A stretch of 64,000 bases of DNA. It comes from Clostridia bacterium. GTDB taxonomy: Bacteria > Bacillota > Clostridia > Christensenellales > CAG-138. Of the stretch, positions 56,203 to 64,000 are shown piece after piece. The DNA lies in contig JAFSEB010000071.1 in the NCBI GenBank assembly GCA_017435905.1, positions 8 through 64,007 on the forward strand. Reading direction: 5' to 3'. How positions within the stretch are numbered: the first letter of the stretch is position 1; every line of letters begins with the position of its first letter. A program made the translations under genes and the position numbers. The notes below the pieces were generated by a model. It did not search any database, was not told the DNA's origin, and saw only the letters and a program-made list of their open reading frames with translations.

Positions 56203-57645
56203 TTATGCAAGGGGTTCGTACACCGCAGGGTAATAGGTCACGGTGCCGTCGCTCATCCACGCAGCAAGGAGCGCATCCCACTCCGCAAGGCGCTGATCCT
56301 CAAGGAGATAGCCGCGGATATCCTCTGCCACCGCATCGAGCGCCACATTGCCGGAAACCTCATCGTCAAGGTAGAAGATGATGTGATAGCCGTCATCATC
56401 CGCAAAGGCTTCGGAGTATTCGCCCACGGCAAGCTTTGCGAACTGCGCCTTGACTTCGCTGCTCCAGTCGTTATCGCAGGCAAGATCCTTTGCGATCAGG
56501 ATGCCCTTTTCGGTGTAAACATCGTAGCCCTTATAGCCGTCATCGCCGCCCTTTTCCTTCACGAGGGAAGCGAAATCCGCACCGTTCTGAAGCTCCGCAT
56601 ACAGGCTCTCTGCCTCCGCACGGGCTGCGCTGATGTGGTTTTCATACATGGCTTCGTTGGCTGCCATCAGGTTCACATATTCCTTCAGAAGGTCTGCCAT
56701 TTCGGCTTCGGCATCATCCTTGGCGGTGCCGAGTTCCACATCGATGGCAAGGGTGCCGTACTCCTCACGGATGATCTCCATGTCCACCGCATTGGCTTCA
56801 TAATCCTCGGGGAGCGCTTCCTCAAAGGGAACGAACAAATGCAGGATGCGGCTGTAGCCCTCGGGCACATAGGCAACGGGTGCGGTGCCGCTCTTCTCAT
56901 AGGCTTCCTGATCGAACTTATAAGCTTCGGGGGATTCCGCAAAATAGGTCTGCTGTTCTTCCGTAAGGGCGTTGTATTCCGCTTCCACGGCGCTGTCCGG
57001 AACGGTTACATCCTTTAGCATTTCATCCTCAAGAAGCTCCTGCAGGTAGGTATCAAGCAGGGTATCGGTGATGTAAGCAACATAGTCATCATAGGTGGCA
57101 TCCGGTTCGCCCATCACGGCAGCGGCTTCCGCCACGATGAGTTCCATGGTGCGTGCTTCCACATCCACCGCAGCATCCGCCTCGGCTTCCGCTTCCGCTT
57201 CTGCCTTGAAATACTCGTAGAGGGAATCAAGCTCCGTCTGCACACGGGAATCAAGCTCCGCCTGCTGCTCTGCGGTCAGATCGGCAATACCGGCCTCCTC
57301 CGCCTTGACCTTGATCAGCTCCGCCTGCGCAAGGGTCTCTACCACGCTGGTCAGGAACGATACATCGCCTGCAACATCGTAGCCATAGCTGCTGAAATAG
57401 CTGACGTAGGAATCGTAGGCTGCCTTGACTTCCGCAAGGGTGATCTTCACATCGCCCACCTCCGCCGCCACGGCGCTGAGATCGAGTTCCTCCGCATCCG
57501 AAACGGAAGGTACCGGCTCACCGGCACCCACCTGGCCTTCGGGTTCGGCGTCGCCTTCCGCAACAGGGGCTTCGGTCAGCGCACAGGCCGCAAACAGAGA
57601 GAGCATCATGACCGCCGCAAGAAGCAGGGCAAGATATTTTTTCAT
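56203..57645 (-). CDS. PrsA/SurA-like peptidylprolyl isomerase lipoprotein
   Basis: Lipobox FAAC; ADFASL, L.VGEYS, GYHII; position after mfd. Confidence 0.75.
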   Translation of the reverse strand: MKKYLALLLAAVMMLSLFAACALTEAPVAEGDAEPEGQVGAGEPVPSVSDAEELDLSAVAAEVGDVKITLAEVKAAYDSYVSYFSSYGYDVAGDVSFLTSVVETLAQAELIKVKAEEAGIADLTAEQQAELDSRVQTELDSLYEYFKAEAEAEAEADAAVDVEARTMELIVAEAAAVMGEPDATYDDYVAYITDTLLDTYLQELLEDEMLKDVTVPDSAVEAEYNALTEEQQTYFAESPEAYKFDQEAYEKSGTAPVAYVPEGYSRILHLFVPFEEALPEDYEANAVDMEIIREEYGTLAIDVELGTAKDDAEAEMADLLKEYVNLMAANEAMYENHISAARAEAESLYAELQNGADFASLVKEKGGDDGYKGYDVYTEKGILIAKDLACDNDWSSEVKAQFAKLAVGEYSEAFADDDGYHIIFYLDDEVSGNVALDAVAEDIRGYLLEDQRLAEWDALLAAWMSDGTVTYYPAVYEPLA

Positions 57646-57712
57646 TCAAACAGTCTCCTTAAAATTTTACTTGGTCACAGGGGTGCTGCTGCACCCCCGT
57701 AACATTATACCA

Positions 57713-60700
57713 TTATTTTTTCTCCACGCAATCGGCAAGGCTGTAAACAAACTGTGGCAGCATGCCGCAAAGCTTTGCTGCAGAAGCCTTTGGCATGCGG
57801 ATGAGCAGCACGGGAACTTCCCCGTTCAAAAGCTGCGCACCGGGAATGCTGCCGATGGCCGCAAACAGCTTCTGCCCGTTGATGGGCGCATCCTTATCAA
57901 AGGTGAAGCGCACCTCCCCGTCGCGCACGGAAAGCTGGCTGACAAATGCACGGGAAGCTTCCGCCTTGATGAGGGCGATATCGAGCAGGTTCTGCGTTTC
58001 CTCCGGAATGTCGCCGTAGCGGTCAATGAGCTCATCCTGCACATCGTAAAGGTCTTCCCTTGCGCCGATGAGGGCGATACGTTTGTACATGGAAAGCCGT
58101 TCCGTTTCCCTTGCGATATAGGAGGGTGGGATCGCTGCGCTGAGGGGCACATCCATCACCGTTTCCACCGTACGGGGCATGGGCTCGCCCTTGGCTTCCT
58201 GCACCGCACTGTTGACGATCTTGCAGTAAAGGTCGTAGCCCACCGCCGCCATGTGACCGTGCTGTTCGGGGCCGAGCAGATTGCCTGCGCCCCGGATCTC
58301 AAGGTCACGCATGGCGATCTTGAAGCCGGCGCCGAACTGGGTAAATTCACGGATGGCGCTGAGGCGCTTTTCCGCCACCTCCGTGAGCACCTTGTTCCGT
58401 TCAAAGGTCAGGTAGGCATAGCCGAGGCGTGCACCTCTTCCCACCCTGCCCCGAAGCTGATAAAGCTGGGAAAGACCCATCTTATCCGCATCGTAGATGA
58501 AGATGGTATTCACGTTGGAAATATCAAGACCGCTTTCGATGATGGTGCTGCAAAGAAGCACATCGTATTCATGCTCCATAAAATCGAGCATGGTCTTTTC
58601 AAGCTCCCGCTCATTCATCTGCCCATGGGCATAGCCGATACGGGCTTCCGGCACAAGGGCACGGAGCTTTTCCGCAAAGTGCTCCATGTTTCTGACCTTG
58701 TTATACACAAAGAACACCTGTCCGCCCCTGCCGATCTCCTTCAGGATGGCTTCCCTTGCGATGCCGTCGCTGTATTCCATAACATAGGTCTGCACGGGAT
58801 AACGCTGTTCGGGCGGCGTTTCAATGACGGACATATCACGGATGCCGGTCATGGACATGTGGAGCGTTCTTGGGATGGGCGTGGCGGAAAGGGTCAGCAC
58901 ATCCACGCTTTGGCGGATGTTCTTGATCTGTTCCTTATGCCCCACGCCGAATCGCTGCTCTTCATCGATGATCAGAAGTCCGAGATCCTTGAACTTCACG
59001 CTTTTACCAAGAAGTTTATGGGTGCCGACCACCACATCGATGCTGCCCTTTTCAAGCCCTTCAAGGATGGCTTTCTCATCCTTTCCCGCCTTGAAACGGG
59101 AAAGGAGCGCCACGTTGACGGGGAAGCCAGAAAACCTTGCCGCAAGGGTGTTGTAATGCTGCTGCGCCAGGATGGTGGTGGGCACGAGGAACGCCACCTG
59201 CTTGCTGTCCATTACCGCTTTGAAAGCAGCACGCAGGGCGACCTCCGTTTTGCCGTAGCCCACATCGCCGCAAAGAAGGCGGTCCATGACCCGGTCGGAC
59301 TCCATATCCTTCTTGATCTCCGCAATGCTCGTGAGCTGATCCGGCGTTTCCTCATAGGGAAAGTTTTCCTCAAGGCGTGTCTGCCAGCTCGTATCCGGCG
59401 AAAAGCGGAAGCCCTTTCTGTTCATGCGCTCGCCGTAAAGGCGTACAAGGTCAAAGGCCAGCTTTTTGACGCTTTCACGGGTACGGGAAACGGTCTTCTG
59501 CCACTCGCCGCTGCCAAGCTTGGAAAGGCGCACCGTCTCCTCTTCGCCGCCGATGTATTTCTGCACCCTGTCAAGCTGATCGGTGGGAATATACAGCTTT
59601 TCGCTGCCTGCGTACACAAGGTGCAGATAATCCCTTGTTACGCCGCCCACCGTCAGGGTAATGACGCCCACAAAGCGTCCCACGCCGTGCAGCTCGTGCA
59701 CCACAAGATCCCCTACGGCCAGTTCCGAAAAAGCAAGCTGCGGACGCTTTTTCGTCTGCACGGTGCGCTTTTTCTGCACGCTGCCGTAAAGTTCCGCCTC
59801 GCTGACGGCAACAAGTTTGATCTCCGGATATTCAAAGCCCTTTTCGATGCTCTCGCCGGTGATGATGACCTCCCCCGGAACGAGAAGCCGCCCGAGGGAA
59901 TCCGTTACCGCAGCGTGCACATCCATATCAAGAAGCTGATCCTGCAGTCTGACCGCATGACCGCCTGCATAGATGGCAACCGTTGTCCCCGTCTTCCGCC
60001 ACGAAGCAATATCGGCTGCAAGGAGGTCCTGCGCCGCAAGGTACTTTGTTGCAGGCCTTGTTTCAAAGCGGAAAAGGCACTTTGGCGCAATGAGCCCATA
60101 GGTGCGTGTCAGCGCAAACAGCATGGCCGTTCGGGGCGTATCGAGGCTTTCAAGGATCACCGAGGGCTTGCCGAGAAGCTCCGTCTGTTCGCCCTCCGCA
60201 TTGCCGTCCGCAAGAAGGGCACTGACGGTATCCACATGCTCCGTGTGCGCCATTTTGGCGCTTTCTTCCACGCGCTGCGGCTCATCGATGAGGATGATGG
60301 CATCCTCCGGCAAATAATCCTGCAGGTAGGCATCATCATAGAAAAGCGGCAGATACAGCGCCGCATCCGCCGGGGTGCCGCCTGTGGAAAGCGTCTCAAA
60401 CATCTCTTCAAGACGGGGCCTTTTCTTCACAGCCGCAAGACCTTTCCTGCGTGCGGTCTCCGTGAGCGGCGTTTCGCTTGCAGGGGGCACGGTCACGGAA
60501 TCGGTATTTTCGATGGAACGCTGTGTCAGCGCATCATAGGTGCGCATGGTATCCACATCCTCATCGAAAAACTCGATGCGCACCGGGTTTTCCGCCGTGA
60601 TGGGAAAAATATCAAGGTAGCCGCCCCTAAGGCACACCTGCCCCTTCGCTTCGCAGACCTCCACCCGTTCATACCCTGCCGCAATGAACTTTGCAAGCAG

Positions 60701-61159
60701 TTCCTTCGGCGGGATCACATCGCCGATGCTGACGGTGTGGGTCATGGAACGGATGGCGGCAGGCGGTGCAAGCCGCTGCAGCAGCGCAGGTGCGGACACG
60801 GTGATCAGCGCAGGGAAGCCGGAAAGAAGATCCGTCAACACCGCCATGCGCCTTGCGCCGATGCCGGCGGAGGATACGGTTCCGCGCCCTGCAAGGGGCA
60901 TATCCCTGTAAGGCATGTGTACAGCTTTTTCCGTATAAGCGGCAGCCTCTTCCCGGATGCGGGATGCGGAGGCTTCATTGGCAGTGATGACCAGCACGGT
61001 TTTTCCGGTATCGCAAAAAAGCGCAGCGGCCATATGTGCCCGGTGCGCTTCTCCGAGACCGAACACGGCCGCGGCGCCTTCGTTTTTCAGCATCGCTTCC
61101 TTCAGGCGGCAATATTCCGGATGCCGCCCGAGGAAATCAATGAGCGGATGCTTATTCAT
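57713..61159 (-). CDS. mfd: Transcription-repair coupling factor
   Basis: GDLVVH..HGVG, CGDVGYGKTEVA, IIDEEQRFGV, SATPIPRT, QLRGRVGR, TRCF domain. Confidence 0.97.
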   Translation of the reverse strand: MNKHPLIDFLGRHPEYCRLKEAMLKNEGAAAVFGLGEAHRAHMAAALFCDTGKTVLVITANEASASRIREEAAAYTEKAVHMPYRDMPLAGRGTVSSAGIGARRMAVLTDLLSGFPALITVSAPALLQRLAPPAAIRSMTHTVSIGDVIPPKELLAKFIAAGYERVEVCEAKGQVCLRGGYLDIFPITAENPVRIEFFDEDVDTMRTYDALTQRSIENTDSVTVPPASETPLTETARRKGLAAVKKRPRLEEMFETLSTGGTPADAALYLPLFYDDAYLQDYLPEDAIILIDEPQRVEESAKMAHTEHVDTVSALLADGNAEGEQTELLGKPSVILESLDTPRTAMLFALTRTYGLIAPKCLFRFETRPATKYLAAQDLLAADIASWRKTGTTVAIYAGGHAVRLQDQLLDMDVHAAVTDSLGRLLVPGEVIITGESIEKGFEYPEIKLVAVSEAELYGSVQKKRTVQTKKRPQLAFSELAVGDLVVHELHGVGRFVGVITLTVGGVTRDYLHLVYAGSEKLYIPTDQLDRVQKYIGGEEETVRLSKLGSGEWQKTVSRTRESVKKLAFDLVRLYGERMNRKGFRFSPDTSWQTRLEENFPYEETPDQLTSIAEIKKDMESDRVMDRLLCGDVGYGKTEVALRAAFKAVMDSKQVAFLVPTTILAQQHYNTLAARFSGFPVNVALLSRFKAGKDEKAILEGLEKGSIDVVVGTHKLLGKSVKFKDLGLLIIDEEQRFGVGHKEQIKNIRQSVDVLTLSATPIPRTLHMSMTGIRDMSVIETPPEQRYPVQTYVMEYSDGIAREAILKEIGRGGQVFFVYNKVRNMEHFAEKLRALVPEARIGYAHGQMNERELEKTMLDFMEHEYDVLLCSTIIESGLDISNVNTIFIYDADKMGLSQLYQLRGRVGRGARLGYAYLTFERNKVLTEVAEKRLSAIREFTQFGAGFKIAMRDLEIRGAGNLLGPEQHGHMAAVGYDLYCKIVNSAVQEAKGEPMPRTVETVMDVPLSAAIPPSYIARETERLSMYKRIALIGAREDLYDVQDELIDRYGDIPEETQNLLDIALIKAEASRAFVSQLSVRDGEVRFTFDKDAPINGQKLFAAIGSIPGAQLLNGEVPVLLIRMPKASAAKLCGMLPQFVYSLADCVEKK

Positions 61160-61790
61160 GCTGCTCCTCTTTCACTTCCGCCTGCACTTCCTGTGCGTTT
61201 TCTTCCTTCTTTTTCTTTTCCTTTTTGGGCTTCTTGTTGAAGCGTGCCTGCGCTTCCTTCACGTTGCCCCCCACGATGAGCTCCACCGCATCCGCTGCGT
61301 TCTTCATGGCGCTGAGAAGAAGATCCTTCTCCTCGCCCTGCGGTGCGCCGAGCACATGGGAAACAAGGTTCCTTTCCCCATCCGGCTGCCCGATGCCCAC
61401 ACGCACACGGGGAAAATCATCAAACCCAAGCTGGTAGATGATGCTGCGCATGCCGTTGTGGGTGCCCGAAGAGCCGCCCTCACGGATGCGGAGCGTGCCG
61501 ATGGGGATATCGATATCATCATAAATGACGATGAGCTCGCTGTTTTCGCACTTGTACCAGTTGATCAGGTCCCGTGCCGCCCAGCCGGAATTGTTCATAT
61601 AGGTATCGGGCTTTGCAAGCACCACACGCTGCCCGCCGATGCGACCCTCGCCAAAGACGCTGCGGAAATTCTGGCGGCAGATGTTGATATCATAGCGATC
61701 CGCCAGCAGGTCAAGGGTCATAAAGCCCACATTATGCCTTGTGTTCTGATACTCACGGCCCGGGTTTCCGAGACCAAGCACGATATACAT
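61152..61790 (-). CDS. pth: Peptidyl-tRNA hydrolase
   Basis: GLGNPG..Y..TRHNVGF, KP.TYMN.SG, HNG, R.RVGIG. Confidence 0.97.
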   Translation of the reverse strand: MYIVLGLGNPGREYQNTRHNVGFMTLDLLADRYDINICRQNFRSVFGEGRIGGQRVVLAKPDTYMNNSGWAARDLINWYKCENSELIVIYDDIDIPIGTLRIREGGSSGTHNGMRSIIYQLGFDDFPRVRVGIGQPDGERNLVSHVLGAPQGEEKDLLLSAMKNAADAVELIVGGNVKEAQARFNKKPKKEKKKKEENAQEVQAEVKEEQHE

Positions 61791-61990
61791 AGTATCCTCC
61801 CTCAACGTATCAATGCCCTCATACCGATTTGGTATGGGGGTAGAAAGTTTCCAATGATTGTATTGTGCTTATTATAATACCCGTTTTCTTCATGTGCAAG
61901 AAGCGTGACAAACTGATTTTTTTGCGTTATAGTTAATTTAGATTAAAATTTGTCGAAAACAGCATTATTTACGAAAGAAGATTTTCTGCC

Positions 61991-63745
61991 ATGGATATTT
62001 TCGGTATTCTGACACTTTGCGGCGGCATTGCCATGTTCCTTTACGGCATGCGTGTTATGGGCGACGGCATTGAAAAGCGTGCCGGCCGCCAAATGAGCAT
62101 GATCCTTGAAAAGCTGACCGCAAACCCCATCAAAGGCATCCTGCTTGGCGCAGGCGTCACAGGCATCATCCAAAGCAGTGCCGCCACCACGGTCATGGTG
62201 GTGGGCTTTGTCAATTCCGGCATCATGAAGCTCAGCCAGGCTACGGGCGTCATCATGGGTGCAAACCTTGGCACCACCGTCACCGCATGGATCCTGAGCC
62301 TTTCCGGCATCCACGGGGAAAGCCTTGTGCTGCAGCTTTTAAAGCCCTCCTCCTTCTCCCCTGTGCTGGCGCTCATCGGCATCATCCTGCTCCTTTTTGC
62401 AAAGAAGAACAAGCATAAGGATGTGGGCACCATCATGCTCGGCTTTGCGGTGCTCATGTTCGGCATGCAGACCATGAGCGGTGCCGTGGAACCGCTGGCG
62501 GATATGCCGGAGTTCACCAACATTCTGACGCTCTTTAAAAACCCCGTCCTCGGCACGCTGACGGGCGTTGCCATCACCGCTGTCATCCAAAGCTCTTCCG
62601 CATCGGTAGGCATCCTGCAGGCCATTTCCGTAACAGGCGTGATCACCTTTGATGAAGCGCTGCCCATCATCCTCGGCATGAATATCGGCGCCTGCATCAT
62701 CACGCTGCTCTCCTCCGTCGGCACCAGCCGTGAAGCCCGCCGTGCCGCCTTCGTGCACCTGTATTTCAGCCTGTTTGGCAAAACGCTGCTGACTGCACTT
62801 TTCCTGACCGCAGACCTGATCTTCTCCTTCCCCTTTATGGATATGATCATGGATCCCGTCAGCATCGCCATCATGCACACGGTGCTGAACCTTATCAGCA
62901 TCATTGCCATGCTTCCCTTCCGGGGCATGCTGGAACACTTTGCCATCCTTACCGTAAAGGATGGGCATGAGCGTGGGGAAGAGGATATCTTCCTCGACAA
63001 GCGCTTCCTGACAACCCCCGGTCTTGCGGTGGACCGCAGCCGTGACATCACCAAGGAAATGGCGGACCTCTGCATCGCCGCCTTCCGTGATGCAGTATCC
63101 CTCATCTCTCACTTCGACGACAAGGTCTATCACGATGTGATCGATGCGGAAAACCGCACCGACCTGTATGAAGACCGCATCGGTTCCTATCTTGTGGTGC
63201 TTTCCGCCGAAAGCCTCACCCATACCGACAACCGCAATACACAGAAGCTGCTGCACGCCATCGGCGACTTCGAGCGCATCGGCGACCATGCCCTCAACAT
63301 CGCCCAATCCTGCGAGGAAATGCACCGCAAGGGCGTCAGCTTCTCCCCTGCCGCCGCAAGCGAGCTTCGGGTGATCATGAATGCGGTATCCGAGGTATTG
63401 GAGCTTTCCGTGCGTGCCTTCTTCGACGACGATACCGACCTTGCCGCCAGGGTGGAGCCCCTTGAAGACGTGGTGGATGACCTTCGTGCAGAGCTGAAGA
63501 GCCGCCACATTGAACGCTTGCAGCAGGGCGCCTGCACCATTGAGCTTGGCTTTATCTTCAGCGACCTGCTCACCAACTTCGAGCGTATTTCCGATCACTG
63601 CAGCAACATTGCCGCCTATGTGATCCAAACCTCCCTGCACAGCATGGAGACCCACAGCTACATGCACGGCCTCAAGACCTCCGGCAGCGAGCTGTATGAT
63701 TCCGCACAGGCGGAATACCGCAGCAAATACAATTTGGAAGCATAA
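61991..63745 (+). CDS. Na/Pi cotransporter family protein with PhoU domains
   Basis: IQSSAATT and IQSSSAS repeats, GANLGTT, DFERIGDH, ERISDHCSNIA. Confidence 0.93.
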   Translation: MDIFGILTLCGGIAMFLYGMRVMGDGIEKRAGRQMSMILEKLTANPIKGILLGAGVTGIIQSSAATTVMVVGFVNSGIMKLSQATGVIMGANLGTTVTAWILSLSGIHGESLVLQLLKPSSFSPVLALIGIILLLFAKKNKHKDVGTIMLGFAVLMFGMQTMSGAVEPLADMPEFTNILTLFKNPVLGTLTGVAITAVIQSSSASVGILQAISVTGVITFDEALPIILGMNIGACIITLLSSVGTSREARRAAFVHLYFSLFGKTLLTALFLTADLIFSFPFMDMIMDPVSIAIMHTVLNLISIIAMLPFRGMLEHFAILTVKDGHERGEEDIFLDKRFLTTPGLAVDRSRDITKEMADLCIAAFRDAVSLISHFDDKVYHDVIDAENRTDLYEDRIGSYLVVLSAESLTHTDNRNTQKLLHAIGDFERIGDHALNIAQSCEEMHRKGVSFSPAAASELRVIMNAVSEVLELSVRAFFDDDTDLAARVEPLEDVVDDLRAELKSRHIERLQQGACTIELGFIFSDLLTNFERISDHCSNIAAYVIQTSLHSMETHSYMHGLKTSGSELYDSAQAEYRSKYNLEA

Positions 63746-63783
63746 AAAGCATATCAAAAAAGGAGAAAAAAGGAGCGGATAAC

Positions 63784-64000
63784 GGGGTATTCCGATAAGA
63801 AATCATCGGTCTAAGAAAGGCAATACCGGCCCTATCGGTGTGTTGTGCGGTCTTGAAATAGCACCACTATTCCTTCGACCACACGCCTGCCGATAGAACC
63901 GGTCTTGCCTTTTTTAGACTCTTCGACCGCAAAATGGATCGCTTTCGGGTAAATGCAAGGAAGAGGAGGAAGGCATATCCGTCGATATTCCGACCGACGA
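63784..64000 (+). repeat. Dispersed hairpin repeat, copy 2, continuing past window end
   Basis: 63784-63937 is the inverted near-identical copy of 1-153; hairpin 63809-63919; a second related module near 63950-64000. Confidence 0.92.

Overview
GC-rich chromosomal segment from a Clostridia-class (Bacillota) bacterium, mostly core genes: pgk-tpiA-gpmI-secG-rnr-smpB-ssrA; rnj-ylbF-mltG-U32; pth-mfd-PPIase-yabO-ispDF; yajC-recJ-apt-relA-dtd-hemZ-hisS-aspS with a T-box. Accessory parts: (1) an anhydro-muropeptide salvage locus (GNAT-anmK-murQ divergent from a serine hydrolase plus Opp-type ABC transporter). (2) A ~2.7 kb AT-rich, integrase-less cassette between tmRNA and its terminator. It is bounded by two nested inverted-repeat pairs and encodes two putative nucleases, one built from six 70-aa zinc-ribbon repeats with variable tips. 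(3) A DIP1984-family gene followed by a ~190 nt closed multi-stem RNA-like element (candidate protein+ncRNA module). (4) A VTC-DUF4956-CotH operon tied to a two-component system by two mirror-image TTCAGC-N5-TTCAGC boxes. (5) An orphan DNA methyltransferase. (6) An aminotransferase with an in-frame TAG. (7) A ~154 bp hairpin repeat in inverted orientation at both window ends. Family names come from motif recognition by eye; no database searches were run.
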